From: an uncultured Rhodospirillaceae bacterium
GTDB taxonomy: Bacteria > Pseudomonadota > Alphaproteobacteria > UBA9219
Assembly: GCA_964652235.1 (NCBI GenBank)
Contig: CAZZDK010000012.1
Coordinates: forward strand, 1-63,884
DNA: 63,884 bases
Direction: 5' to 3'
Each line of letters starts with the position of its first letter. The first letter of the stretch is position 1. Below, in pieces: positions 17,133 through 27,357 of this stretch. The notes under the pieces are model-generated. The model was not told the DNA's origin, searched no databases, and worked only from the letters and a program-made list of their open reading frames with translations. A program made the position numbers and the translations under genes.

Positions 17133-18626
17133 ATGTTTTCCCGTATTGCGTTACCGACACGACCTTATTGGTTTTGGGGGTTTTTAGCGCTTTTGGTCCT
17201 TCTTCCCCTGCCGTTCGGCGGAAACCGGCCTTGGGCTTCGGATTTATCGGGCGTGATCTGCGGCGTCCTTCTCATCGCCATGCTTTGGACGCGCGAGGGC
17301 GCGCCGCCCAGGCCGGGGACGCCTCCGCGCAAGAGGCTGGTCTTTTGCATGGCGGGCATAACGCTTTTGATTTTTTGGATGTTCGTCCAGACGGTATCCT
17401 GGACTCCCGACGCCTGGCATCATCCTCTTTGGAGCGAGGCGGCGGCTTTGCTCGGCTCCATCCGCGGCGCGATTTCTGTTGATCCCGGCGCGTTTCCCGA
17501 AGCGCTTGTCCGATTTCTAAGCGCCGTCGCCGTTTTTATTCTTGCCTTTCAATCCGGGCGAGACAGAGACGACGCGAAGATGATTCTTCACGCCCTGGCC
17601 TATGCCGGGTTCGCTTACGCGCTTTACGGGCTGATCGTCCAATCGACCGGGAGCGAGACGATTCTTTGGTACAAAAAATGGGCCTATCAGGGATTCCTGA
17701 CCTCTACCTTCGTCAACAAAAACAGCTATGCCGCTTATGCAGGCCTGGGCCTTTTATGTTCGCTTTACGTCGTGCGCGAAAGATTCAAGCGCGTGACGGC
17801 CAAAGACCTCGCGCTCGCCAAGAAATCCCGTCTGGCCGCCCTGTTCGTTTCTCTTTCGGCCTGGGATTTCGCGGTTCTGTTCATGCCGGTCGTGATTCTG
17901 GGCGCCCTGGCCTTGACGGGCTCGCGGGCGGGCGCGGCCAGCGCGCTTTTGGGCGTTTTTACGCTTTTTTTGGCCTTTGCCATCGCGCGCCGCTGGAGCG
18001 CGAAGAAATGGTTTATTTTGGCCGGGACCATCGGCGTCGTTTTCGTCTTGTTCGTGAATATGGGCGGCGACGCCTTGATGACGCGCCTTCAAGACGAAAA
18101 ACTGGGAGAGGACCAATCGACGCGCCTGGCTGCTTACGCGCTCGTCCGGCAGGCGATCAGCGACAATCCCGTCTTCGGCTTCGGCCTGGGAACGTTCGAC
18201 GGCGCTTTTCGTCTGTACCGCGACGCGAGCCTGCCTCTTTGGTTTCATCACGCGCATAACGATTATCTGGAAATGATGATGGACCTAGGCGTTCCCGCCG
18301 CGCTGCTTTTGTTCGTCTGTCTTGCCGTTCCGGCAAGCTGCTGCGTGGTGGGCGTGTGGAAAAGAAAGCGCGATGCGATGATCCCGGCGATCGCCGTCGC
18401 GGCCACCGTTCTGATCGGCTCGCACGTTCTGGTCGATTTCAGCCTTCATATTCCGGCGATCGCGGCGACCTATGCCGCGCTTTTGGGCGTGGGCGTGGCG
18501 CAGAGCTTTTCTTCGCAAACGAAGATTCAGGAGCTTTCGCGTTTGCAGCAGTCCAAGGCCGCGCCGCGCAGGAAAGACCAGGAAACGCCTTGTTCGCAGC
18601 AGACAGGGGCCAGCCAGAAAAAATAA
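17133..18626 (+). CDS. O-antigen ligase/Wzy-like protein
   Basis: TFVNKN, TGSRAG, G.GLG.F, HAHNDYLE; many TMs. Confidence 0.88.
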   Translation: MFSRIALPTRPYWFWGFLALLVLLPLPFGGNRPWASDLSGVICGVLLIAMLWTREGAPPRPGTPPRKRLVFCMAGITLLIFWMFVQTVSWTPDAWHHPLWSEAAALLGSIRGAISVDPGAFPEALVRFLSAVAVFILAFQSGRDRDDAKMILHALAYAGFAYALYGLIVQSTGSETILWYKKWAYQGFLTSTFVNKNSYAAYAGLGLLCSLYVVRERFKRVTAKDLALAKKSRLAALFVSLSAWDFAVLFMPVVILGALALTGSRAGAASALLGVFTLFLAFAIARRWSAKKWFILAGTIGVVFVLFVNMGGDALMTRLQDEKLGEDQSTRLAAYALVRQAISDNPVFGFGLGTFDGAFRLYRDASLPLWFHHAHNDYLEMMMDLGVPAALLLFVCLAVPASCCVVGVWKRKRDAMIPAIAVAATVLIGSHVLVDFSLHIPAIAATYAALLGVGVAQSFSSQTKIQELSRLQQSKAAPRRKDQETPCSQQTGASQKK

Positions 18627-18635
18627 GGAGATTTC

Positions 18636-20336
18636 ATGAACGCGGAAAAAACGCCGGATTATAAAAACCTGCCTTTGCCCAAGGGCTATCGCTCTTATAT
18701 CAAGGATATCGGACCGACGGCTTGCGATCTTTACGCCCTCACAATGATATTTTCGGCCTGGAAGCTCGGCTTTGTCGAGGAAAAGGTCACGACGTCGCAT
18801 ATTTTCTGCCGAGGCCTTGTGAGCAACGGCCAGACGTATAAGGACAGCGAAAACGACGAAATGCGCCAGGCCAAGGTGCCCTATCTCGTCAATGCGGGGC
18901 TGGGGCTTGTGGCCGAATGGTTTTCCGGATGGAAATGGCGCGACGATGATTTGCGCTTCCTTGCCCAGCAAAATCTTTTTCCGGACGATTTTCTGCATTG
19001 GCTGTCCGAGCAGCGCTTGACGCTCGACATCGACGCCATGCCGGAAGGCGAGCTGATTTTTCCGCAAGAGCCGTCCCTGAGGCTTAAAGGCCTGTGGTGG
19101 CAGCAGATGGCGGTGGAGGCCACGACGCTTTCGCTCATTTCCACGAGCACGAACCTGGCCACCGTGGCCTCGCAGGTGCGGCTCGCGGCGCAGCGCGAGG
19201 CGCGAAAGGCCGGCTCGGTCCTGGTGGAGGCGTCGGCCCTGGAGCTTGCTTCGCTGGCCGATATGTCCTTGCGCCGTTCGCCCTGCCCCGGCGCGATTCC
19301 GTCCGCGCGCGCGGCCTATCTGGCGGGGTGGGACAGCACGTCGAACGTCTATGCGGGCAAATGCTACGACATTCCGGTGATGGGCACCTTCGCGCACGCC
19401 TGGGTCATGCTGCACGACACAGAGGAAGAGGCTTTTGAAAATTGGGCCAAGGTCAATCCGGGCGCGACGGTTTTTCTCGTCGATACCTACAGCACGATCG
19501 AGGGGATCGAAACGGCCATTCGGGTTTGTAAAAAGAACGGACTGACCCTTAAAGGCGTCCGGCTCGATTCCGGCAATCTGGCCTATTTGTCTTTTCAGGC
19601 GCGTAAAATGCTCGACAAGGCGGGCTATAAGGACGCGCGGATTCTCGCCACCGACAGCATTTCGGTCAGCACGGCGGCCAGTTTGTTCAAGCACGTTCCG
19701 GAAGACCCTGCTTTGCGCGAAAGCTTCGTGACGGGTTTCGGAATCGGATCGGAAGTGGCGGTCAACCGGAACCAGCCGCTTTTAGGTTTTGTCATGAAGC
19801 TGGCGGCCATTCATGCGGACCGCTCGACGGGGCGGGACGAGTTGGTGCGCGAGGTCATCAAACTTTCGGAATCTTCTAAAAAAACAACGTTGCCCGGTCC
19901 GCTCGACGTGATCCGCTACGTGGTTCCGAGCGGCCATTTCGCGGGCGACACCATCGTTTCAGCCGAGGCCGAGCTGGGCGACGGGCGGTTGGCGCACGAT
20001 CTTTATTCGGTCCACACCGAAACCGGAAAGGCGAAGCTGTTCCCGAAAGGCGCGCCGTTCGTCCGGCTTTTGCGGCCCTTTATGCGCGGCGGCGAAGCGA
20101 CGCAGAAACCCTATGCCGAAAAAGACGCTCCCGGCCTTCTTCGGGCCGCCAGGGCGCTATGCGGCGAATCCCTGAAAAGGTTGGAGCCGGACCATCTGCT
20201 TCTGCCGCCGGACTTGCCGCATTATTACGGCGTAGGCGTGGACGAAAGGCTCAAGCAAAGGCAAAACAGCGCCGTTCGCCACATCAACGGCGAACTGGAA
20301 CGCCACAAGCAATGCGCGCGCTTCGGGCTTACGTAG
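18636..20336 (+). CDS. pncB: Nicotinate phosphoribosyltransferase
   Basis: DLY.LTM, GTFAHAW, LVDTY, GVRLDSG. Confidence 0.9.
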   Translation: MNAEKTPDYKNLPLPKGYRSYIKDIGPTACDLYALTMIFSAWKLGFVEEKVTTSHIFCRGLVSNGQTYKDSENDEMRQAKVPYLVNAGLGLVAEWFSGWKWRDDDLRFLAQQNLFPDDFLHWLSEQRLTLDIDAMPEGELIFPQEPSLRLKGLWWQQMAVEATTLSLISTSTNLATVASQVRLAAQREARKAGSVLVEASALELASLADMSLRRSPCPGAIPSARAAYLAGWDSTSNVYAGKCYDIPVMGTFAHAWVMLHDTEEEAFENWAKVNPGATVFLVDTYSTIEGIETAIRVCKKNGLTLKGVRLDSGNLAYLSFQARKMLDKAGYKDARILATDSISVSTAASLFKHVPEDPALRESFVTGFGIGSEVAVNRNQPLLGFVMKLAAIHADRSTGRDELVREVIKLSESSKKTTLPGPLDVIRYVVPSGHFAGDTIVSAEAELGDGRLAHDLYSVHTETGKAKLFPKGAPFVRLLRPFMRGGEATQKPYAEKDAPGLLRAARALCGESLKRLEPDHLLLPPDLPHYYGVGVDERLKQRQNSAVRHINGELERHKQCARFGLT

Positions 20337-20341
20337 GAAAC

Positions 20342-21019
20342 TTAAAAACCGAACCGGACGCCGAAACGGATTTGATGGGAGCCAAAGCCGAGTTTCATTT
20401 TTTCGGAAATATTTTGCGAAGGCGAGAAAGCGTCGAAGCTTCCTTCGCTTGTTCCGAGGTACCGATACGACATACCGAGGCTAAGTTGCGGGTTGATCTG
20501 GTACATCGTGCCGACCGTGAAATGATAGGCGAAGACCGTCGAAGAATCGTCGCTTGTGAACGTCACGGGCGCGCCGGAAACGGAGAAGTCAAGCCGCGCG
20601 AGTCCCGCGCCTGCGCCGATGAAGGGCTTGATAGCGGAGGATGTGGGGATGTCGATATAGCCGCTGCCCATAAGGGTTAGGACCGAAATGGACCCGGGAC
20701 TCGGATAAATAACTCCGGCTTCATGCACTTTGTCGAGCTCCGCTTTTTGATAGCCGATAGAGCCGTCGATCCTGAAAAGACCGAAATCGTAACCGAGGGC
20801 GCCGTCGAAAACGGCGCTTTCGTTGAAAACGATGCTGGAATCCAAAGAAGAGCCGTTGGCCTTTTTGTAATCCTTAATATCGCTGTCGGCGTTGAAGGCG
20901 CCGGCCAGGTTGATCTCAAGATATTTGCCGGTAGCTTGCTGTGCGGTTTGGGCGGCGGCGGGCGCGGCGGCGAGCAAAGCCGGAACGAAAAAAGAGAGAA
21001 GGAAAGAGGTCTTTCTCAT
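20342..21019 (-). CDS. Outer-membrane beta-barrel protein (opacity/OmpW-like)
   Basis: Signal peptide, PFIGAGAG, YRY, terminal Phe. Confidence 0.85.
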   Translation of the reverse strand: MRKTSFLLSFFVPALLAAAPAAAQTAQQATGKYLEINLAGAFNADSDIKDYKKANGSSLDSSIVFNESAVFDGALGYDFGLFRIDGSIGYQKAELDKVHEAGVIYPSPGSISVLTLMGSGYIDIPTSSAIKPFIGAGAGLARLDFSVSGAPVTFTSDDSSTVFAYHFTVGTMYQINPQLSLGMSYRYLGTSEGSFDAFSPSQNISEKMKLGFGSHQIRFGVRFGF

Positions 21020-21158
21020 AAAAACTCCTTGGAACGCGAAACGACGGGGCAAAATACGCGAAAACCCCTGGGGAGGTCAATCAAAAGACCGTTTTTCCAC
21101 CCGAAGCTTGACTTTCCTGAGGCAAAAACGTACCAAGCTCTCCTTCGGTTTGGCCGAA

Positions 21159-21245
21159 GCCCAGATGGCGGAATTGGTAGACGCGCAGGTTTCAGGTACC
21201 TGTGGCAGCGATGCCGTGGAAGTTCGAGTCTTCTTCTGGGCACCA
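21159..21245 (+). tRNA. tRNA-Leu(CAG)
   Basis: CAGGT-TTCAGGT-ACCTG anticodon arm, long variable arm, CCA. Confidence 0.97.
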
Positions 21246-21305
21246 GCGGCAAGCCGCCGCTGGCGTTTTTGGGTGTTCCCCGTCGGCAGAAAGGACGTTG
21301 CCGCC

Positions 21306-21938
21306 ATGGCCGAAACAAAAATAACGCTCCATAAAGGCGATATTCCCGCAGGCATGGTCTTCGGTCCGGCGGTGGCCGTCGATACCGAATCTTTGGGCCT
21401 GAATATCAAGCGCGACCGTTTGTGCGTCGTTCAATTTTCGACCGGCGACGGGACGGCGCATCTGGTTCAGTTCGCGCCGGGCCGCATCGAGGCGCCGAAC
21501 CTGAAGAAAATGCTCGCCGACCCCTCGATCCTGAAGATTTTTCACTTCGCGCGGGCCGATCTGGCCATGATCGCCTATTATCTGGGAGTCATGCCGGGGC
21601 CGGTCTATTGCACCAAAATAGCGTCCGTTCTGACCCGGACCTTTTCCGATCATCATAGTCTGAAGGATTTGACGAGGGAGCTTCTGGGTGTCGAATTGTC
21701 CAAAGAACAGCAGACCTCGGACTGGGGCGCGGAGACCCTGACGGACAAGCAATTGGCTTATGCGGCTTCGGACGTCTTGCATCTGCACGCGCTGCGGGAG
21801 AAGCTCGACGCCCTTCTTGCCCGTGAAAACCGTGCGGAGCTGGCGCGGGCGGCTTTCGCGTTTCTTCCGGCGCGCGCGGCTTTGGACATCGCCGGATGGC
21901 AGGACATCGATATTTTTGCCCACAAGCCGACGCGATAA
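21306..21938 (+). CDS. rnd: Ribonuclease D-like 3'-5' exonuclease
   Basis: AVDTE, FHFAR.D, SDW...L...QL.YAASDV. Confidence 0.88.
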   Translation: MAETKITLHKGDIPAGMVFGPAVAVDTESLGLNIKRDRLCVVQFSTGDGTAHLVQFAPGRIEAPNLKKMLADPSILKIFHFARADLAMIAYYLGVMPGPVYCTKIASVLTRTFSDHHSLKDLTRELLGVELSKEQQTSDWGAETLTDKQLAYAASDVLHLHALREKLDALLARENRAELARAAFAFLPARAALDIAGWQDIDIFAHKPTR

Positions 21939-21952
21939 TCTATAATCAAGCC

Positions 21953-22642
21953 ATGAATCAGGAAGAAAAAACCGCGCCGCGTTTGGAGCGGTTGCGTCCC
22001 AAGGACACGCGGGACATCGCCTCCCGCAGCGCGGCCTACAGCAGGCTCGTCGCGCGGCTGCGCTGGATTTTGCCCGCCTTGGTTTTAACGGGCTTGGCCG
22101 CCCTTATGCTCTGGCCCCGGCTTGACGGCGGCGGGATCGCGGGGCCAGTCGTTCAATCCATGCCCGACCTCATGGTGCAAAATCTTCGCCTGACGGGGCT
22201 GGACAAAAAGAACCAGGCTTATTCCCTGACGGCGGCGCGAGCCTTGCAGGCCACAGCGGACGGGCAAAAAGGCGCCGTCGATCTCGAAAAACCGGAAGCC
22301 GAAATGGCGCTTACGGGCGGCGCTTGGCTGGCGGGCCGGGCGCAGAAGGGACGGCTCGATCAATCGAAAAAGGCGCTTTGGCTGGGCGGCGCGGTCGAGT
22401 TTTTTCATGATGCGGGGAACAGACTTACCAGCGATGAGGTTTTTATCGACATTAACCAGGAGACGGCCTGGGGAGAAAAACCTGTTTTAATTCAAGGGCC
22501 TTTCGGTGAAATCAGAGGGCAGGGTTTCCGGCTTTTGGACGGCGGGCGCATTTTTGTCGTCAAGGGATACGCCACCGCTAGGCTTGATTTGCGGGCTCTT
22601 CAGGGAGATAAACCTTCCGGTAAGGATTCACCGTCACGATAA
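21953..22642 (+). CDS. lptC: LPS export protein LptC
   Basis: N-terminal TM plus jellyroll; position before lptA-lptB. Confidence 0.8.
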   Translation: MNQEEKTAPRLERLRPKDTRDIASRSAAYSRLVARLRWILPALVLTGLAALMLWPRLDGGGIAGPVVQSMPDLMVQNLRLTGLDKKNQAYSLTAARALQATADGQKGAVDLEKPEAEMALTGGAWLAGRAQKGRLDQSKKALWLGGAVEFFHDAGNRLTSDEVFIDINQETAWGEKPVLIQGPFGEIRGQGFRLLDGGRIFVVKGYATARLDLRALQGDKPSGKDSPSR

Positions 22643-22646
22643 GGCT

Positions 22647-23507
22647 ATGGCCCTTCTTATCCGCTTGATTTTGATGGCGACGTTGATCGCCTTTCCGGCT
22701 GCGGCCAAAGCGCCGGGTCGCGCGACCGTGCCTGCGCAGGCGACGGCTTCCTCGGGCGGGGACGGGCCGCTCGACATCTCGGCGGAAGAAAGCCTCGAAT
22801 GGTATAAGGACGAAGGCCTTTACGTCGCGCGAGGGAAGGCGCGGGCGGCGCGAGGGGATACGGTCGTGGAGGCCGATCTTTTGACGGCAAAGAAACGCGA
22901 CGGCGCGACTAAAGAAGGCGCGGGCGGCGACATGGCGTTTTTGACGGCTGAAGGGAACGTCAAAATTTCCGATCCGCGGCAGCAGGTTTTCGGAGAAAAG
23001 GCCGTGTATGACCTGGATCTCAAAACCGTCAAAGTGACCGGCCCGAATCTTAAATACTTGACGGCGGACAATGTCGTAACGGCGAGGGATTCGCTGGAAT
23101 ATTTCGAAGACAAGGCCGTCGCCGTCGCGCGAGGCCGGGCGCTCGCCGAGCATAAGAAAAATCGCATCGAGGCCGACGTTCTGACGGCCTTTTTCGCGCG
23201 CGATAAAACGGGGGCTCTTGCGCTCGACCACATGACGGCACAGGGGCAGGTCGTCGTGGTGACGGAGGATGGGGGGGTCGCGCGCGCGCAGCGCGGCTAT
23301 TACGATGCAAAGAAAGACGTCGTTTATCTGATGGACCAGGTTCGCATCACGCGTGGGCAGACGCAACTGGCGGGCGATAAGGCCGAGGTGAACTTCGCTA
23401 CCGGACAAAGCCGCCTTTTGAACGACGGGTCCGGGCGCGTGCGCGCGCTCTTGCCTTCGTCGGGAGAGAAGAAAGAGAGCGAGAAAGAAAGCAAGGCAAG
23501 GCCATGA
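22647..23507 (+). CDS. lptA: LptA/OstA-family protein
   Basis: Signal peptide, repeated OstA motifs (A.GNV.I; GRVRALL). Confidence 0.82.
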   Translation: MALLIRLILMATLIAFPAAAKAPGRATVPAQATASSGGDGPLDISAEESLEWYKDEGLYVARGKARAARGDTVVEADLLTAKKRDGATKEGAGGDMAFLTAEGNVKISDPRQQVFGEKAVYDLDLKTVKVTGPNLKYLTADNVVTARDSLEYFEDKAVAVARGRALAEHKKNRIEADVLTAFFARDKTGALALDHMTAQGQVVVVTEDGGVARAQRGYYDAKKDVVYLMDQVRITRGQTQLAGDKAEVNFATGQSRLLNDGSGRVRALLPSSGEKKESEKESKARP

Positions 23508-24301
23508 GCGAGGAAGCCAGCAAAATAATCCCCTTTCACGCGGGCGCCGCGCCGCGCGCCGCCGCTTTCCCCGACGACAGGCCGGGACTTGAAGCCGCGC
23601 GCCTCGGCAAGCATTACAAGGGAAGGCCGGTTTTGCACGATGTGAGCCTGTCCCTTCGGCGCGGCGAGGTCGTGGGGCTTTTGGGGCCGAACGGCGCGGG
23701 CAAGACGACGTGCTTTTATATCCTGACGGGGCTGATCGCGCCGGATTTTGGAACCATCGCCATCGACGGCATGGACGTCTCGACGCTCCCCATGTATCGC
23801 CGCGCGCGCCTCGGTCTCAGCTATTTGCCGCAGGAGGCCTCCATCTTTCGAGGCCTTAGCGTGGAGGACAACATCCGCGCCATTTTGGAAGTCATCGAGC
23901 CGGACCGTGACACGCGAGAAACCATGCTCGACGAGCTTTTGGTGGAGTTCGGCGTCGCGCATTTGCGCCGCGCGCCCGCTATCGCCCTTTCCGGCGGCGA
24001 GAGGCGTCGCGTCGAAATCGCCCGAGCTCTGGCCTCGCAACCCCACTTTCTTCTGCTTGACGAACCGTTCGCCGGAATCGATCCCATCGCGCTCGGTGAC
24101 ATACGCGATCTCGTGACGCATTTGCGCCAGAGAGGCCTGGGCGTTCTGGTCACCGACCACAATGTCCGCGCGACGCTTGAAATCGTGGATCGCGCGACTA
24201 TCATTCACGATGGGCGCGTTTTGATGGAAGGGGTTCCTGAGGAAATCGTCGCCCATGCGGATGTGCGTCGCGTTTACCTCGGCGACGAGTTCAAAATGTG
24301 A
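23504..24301 (+). CDS. lptB: LPS export ABC ATPase
   Basis: GPNGAGKTT, LSGGERRR, TDHNVR, VYLG. Confidence 0.95.
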   Translation: MSEEASKIIPFHAGAAPRAAAFPDDRPGLEAARLGKHYKGRPVLHDVSLSLRRGEVVGLLGPNGAGKTTCFYILTGLIAPDFGTIAIDGMDVSTLPMYRRARLGLSYLPQEASIFRGLSVEDNIRAILEVIEPDRDTRETMLDELLVEFGVAHLRRAPAIALSGGERRRVEIARALASQPHFLLLDEPFAGIDPIALGDIRDLVTHLRQRGLGVLVTDHNVRATLEIVDRATIIHDGRVLMEGVPEEIVAHADVRRVYLGDEFKM

Positions 24302-25716
24302 TGACGACGCTTCGTCTCGATCTTCGCCAATCGCAAACGCTCGTGATGACTCCCCAATTGCAGCAGGCGATCAAGCTGCTGCAATTGTCCAACCAGGAAT
24401 TGAATGAGTTCGTCGCGGCGGAGCTTGAAGCCAACCCCCTTTTGGAGCGGGAGGAAACGCCGCTTGCGCCGCGCCTTGTTCCGGACGGAATGTCGGCCGC
24501 GTCGCAGGAAAAGGAGGGCGAGCCGTTAAGCCCCGGCGAAACGGCAGACGAAAGTTCTTACGAAACGTTCTCGACCGGCGAGGGGCGGACTTATGAGGGG
24601 CCTTCCCGTTCCGTCGCGGAAACGCTTGCCGAGAAACCGAGTCTGCGCGACCATCTTCTGGGCCAGATTCACGTCGATTTTCCAGACCCCGCCTGCCGGA
24701 TGATCGCCGTCGCCCTCGTGGAAATGCTGGACGAGGCCGGGTATCTGCCCGCCGATCTCGCGCTTGTTCGCGCTCAAATGGGCGCCTCGGAAGAGGTTTT
24801 CGAGAGCGTTATCGAGCGGCTCCAAAAACTCGATCCGCCGGGAATCTTCGCCCGCTCGCTCAAGGAATGTTTGGCCATTCAGCTTAAGGACAAAAACCGT
24901 CTCGATCCCGCCATGGCGAAGCTTTTGGACCATCTGGAACTTTTGGCCAAGCGCGACCGCGCGGCGCTTATGAAGATATGCGGCGTGGACGTCGAGGATC
25001 TGGCGGACATGATCGAAGAGATACGCGCTTTGACGCCCAAACCGGCGCTCGCTTTCGCCTCGGACGTCGCGCCGACCATCGCGCCCGACGTCCTTCTGTC
25101 GCCTTTGCCGGGCGGCGGCTGGCACGTGGAGCTGAACAACGACAACCTGCCGCGCGTTCTGGTCAACGAAGCCTTTTACGCCAAAGTCCAGGCGGAAGCG
25201 CGGGCGCCCGAAGAAAAAACCTATCTCAGCGAACGCTGGCAGCAGGCCAACTGGCTCGTCAAGGCGCTGCGGCAACGGGCGACGACGATTTTGAAAGTGG
25301 CCTCGGAGATCGTCAAACAACAGGACAAATTCTTTCTTTACGGCGTTCAATACCTGAAGCCTCTGATTTTAAGGGACATCGCCCAGGCGGTCGAAATGCA
25401 TGAATCCACCGTCAGCCGGGTAACCCAAAACAAATACATCGCTACGCCGCGCGGCCTGTTCGAGCTGAAATATTTCTTCACAAACGCTCTGCCGACGACC
25501 GGCGGAAACCAGGAAGTCTCCACCGCCGCAGTGCGGGATCGAATCAAAGCCCTGATCGCCGCCGAAACGCCGGATAACATTCTCTCGGATGATCGGCTGG
25601 CCGTTCTCCTGCATGAGGAGGGAATCGACGTCGCCCGGCGGACCGTCGCCAAGTACCGGGAAGGGATGCGCATCCCTTCCTCGGCGCAAAGACGAAGAGA
25701 AAAGAGGGATCGGTAA
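24301..25716 (+). CDS. rpoN: RNA polymerase sigma-54
   Basis: MTPQLQQAIKLLQL, HESTVSR, RpoN box ARRTVAKYR. Confidence 0.97.
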   Translation: MTTLRLDLRQSQTLVMTPQLQQAIKLLQLSNQELNEFVAAELEANPLLEREETPLAPRLVPDGMSAASQEKEGEPLSPGETADESSYETFSTGEGRTYEGPSRSVAETLAEKPSLRDHLLGQIHVDFPDPACRMIAVALVEMLDEAGYLPADLALVRAQMGASEEVFESVIERLQKLDPPGIFARSLKECLAIQLKDKNRLDPAMAKLLDHLELLAKRDRAALMKICGVDVEDLADMIEEIRALTPKPALAFASDVAPTIAPDVLLSPLPGGGWHVELNNDNLPRVLVNEAFYAKVQAEARAPEEKTYLSERWQQANWLVKALRQRATTILKVASEIVKQQDKFFLYGVQYLKPLILRDIAQAVEMHESTVSRVTQNKYIATPRGLFELKYFFTNALPTTGGNQEVSTAAVRDRIKALIAAETPDNILSDDRLAVLLHEEGIDVARRTVAKYREGMRIPSSAQRRREKRDR

Positions 25717-25858
25717 ACTTTTTACCTTTGAAAAACAAGCGACTAGACGAAAGCTTTCCGCCGCGCTTGACTCCCTTCCGTTCAAGACTATCTTGGGCGG
25801 CCTTGGTCCTTGGTGAAGGCGTCCGGGACCCCTTGCAACGAAACGTTCGGGTTTTTTC

Positions 25859-26437
25859 ATGCAACTGTCCGTTAAAGGCAAACAGATCAATGTCGGCGAG
25901 GCGCTGCGGCAGCACGTCGAAACGAAATTGAGCGAAATCGTCGGCAAGTTTTTCGGCGACACGCTTGAGGCGCAGGTGACTTTTTCCCGCGAGGCGCATT
26001 TGTTCCGCGCCGACTTGACGGTTCATGCCGGACGGAACCTCACGCTTCAAAGCAACGGCAGCGCGGACGAGGCCTATCCGGCTTTCGACCTGGCAGCGGA
26101 TCGGATCGCCGAACGCCTGCGCCGCCACCGCAATCGTTTGAAAAAGCACCATCAGGAGGCCCGCGCCGAAGAGGCTCTGATGGCGCAGTCCTTCGTTTTG
26201 AACGCCGAGCAGGCCGACATTTCCGAGACGGGCGCCGATAATCCCGTCGTCGTTGCGGAAATGACCACGCCGATCGAAATGTTGACAGTCAGCGAAGCGG
26301 TCATGCGTCTCGATCTCGGCGACTTGCCCGCTCTGATGTTCCGCAATCGCGCGCACGGAGGGCTGAACATGATTTATCGCCGCGCCGACGGGCACATCGG
26401 TTGGGTCGATCCGTCCCAAAACGCGAAAAAAACGTAA
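25859..26437 (+). CDS. hpf: Ribosome hibernation promoting factor (long HPF/RaiA)
   Basis: Typical N-domain and IYRR.DG.IGW C-domain; follows rpoN. Confidence 0.9.
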   Translation: MQLSVKGKQINVGEALRQHVETKLSEIVGKFFGDTLEAQVTFSREAHLFRADLTVHAGRNLTLQSNGSADEAYPAFDLAADRIAERLRRHRNRLKKHHQEARAEEALMAQSFVLNAEQADISETGADNPVVVAEMTTPIEMLTVSEAVMRLDLGDLPALMFRNRAHGGLNMIYRRADGHIGWVDPSQNAKKT

Positions 26438-26447
26438 GGGCTCCCCC

Positions 26448-26924
26448 ATGAATCGCCCCGCTTCCCTATGCGATCTGCTCGGCGCGGATTCCGTTTGGGT
26501 CGGCCTTGAAATTTCAGGCAAGAAACAACTTTTGCAGGAAATGGCTTCTCTGGCGGCCGCGCGGCTCGGCCTGGAATCGCACGTTCTTTTCGACGTGTTG
26601 TGGGAAAGGGAAAAACTCGGCACGACGGGTGTCGGGCAGGGAATCGCCATTCCGCACGGGCGGATCGCCGGATTGGACGATGTGCGGGGCTTTTTCGCGC
26701 GGCTGACGGCCCCCATCGCCTTCGAAGCGGTGGACGACCGTCCCGTCGATCTCGTTTTCCTTCTTCTCGCGCCGGACACGGCCGGGGCGGATCATCTGCA
26801 CGCCCTGGCCGCCGTTTCCCGTGCGCTGCGCGACCAGGCGTTCTGCGAAAAACTGCGTCGGGCGAAAGACGCGCGCGCGCTGACCGAGATTCTTAAAACG
26901 GCGCCCTCGGCCGAAGCGGCCTAG
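26448..26924 (+). CDS. ptsN: PTS IIA-Ntr
   Basis: RE.LGTTG.G.GIAIPHG. Confidence 0.93.
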   Translation: MNRPASLCDLLGADSVWVGLEISGKKQLLQEMASLAAARLGLESHVLFDVLWEREKLGTTGVGQGIAIPHGRIAGLDDVRGFFARLTAPIAFEAVDDRPVDLVFLLLAPDTAGADHLHALAAVSRALRDQAFCEKLRRAKDARALTEILKTAPSAEAA

Positions 26925-26997
26925 CCTTTGCGGCCTTTGACTTTCCTTGGCGTTTAGTGTTTCCTGTTCGCATCCCGCTTTGTCCCCACGAAACGCG

Positions 26998-27201
26998 ATG
27001 CGCCTGCCTTTCAAGCTTCCTGAGAAAAAAGACGAATGGCCCGGCCTGCTTTTAGGGTGGGGAGTCATTGTTCTTGGCCTTTTTCTCATCGCTTTTATTA
27101 TGGTTTCTTCTCCGCCTGAGAAGAAACTTGTTTGCGATCAGAGAAACTGGACTCCCTCCTTGACGCGATTTGGGACGTGCCGTCGCGCCGAAGAGGAATA
27201 A
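26998..27201 (+). CDS. Small membrane protein
   Basis: One TM plus a C..C tail; start uncertain. Confidence 0.4.
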   Translation: MRLPFKLPEKKDEWPGLLLGWGVIVLGLFLIAFIMVSSPPEKKLVCDQRNWTPSLTRFGTCRRAEEE

Positions 27202-27238
27202 AACGCTCGTTTTCCCCATTGAATCTGCTATAAAAGCC

Positions 27239-27339
27239 GCGGGGGGCTGGCCGCAGGCGGAAGGACCGCGCCAACCCGGTCAGGGCCGAAAGGCAGCAGC
27301 CGTACCGCGTTTATCCGGGTTGCGGGTCCAGCCCCCCGC
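27239..27339 (+). ncRNA. ffs: SRP (4.5S) RNA
   Basis: TCAGG-GCC-GAAA-GGC-AGCAGC domain IV, terminal stem, directly before dnaX. Confidence 0.92.
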
Positions 27340-27357
27340 CTTCAGACGATAAGGGGA

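Noticed and set aside
18636-20336. Functional link between pncB and the putative NADase toxin
   Set aside because: pncB lies in host-like backbone outside the island; proximity alone is not evidence
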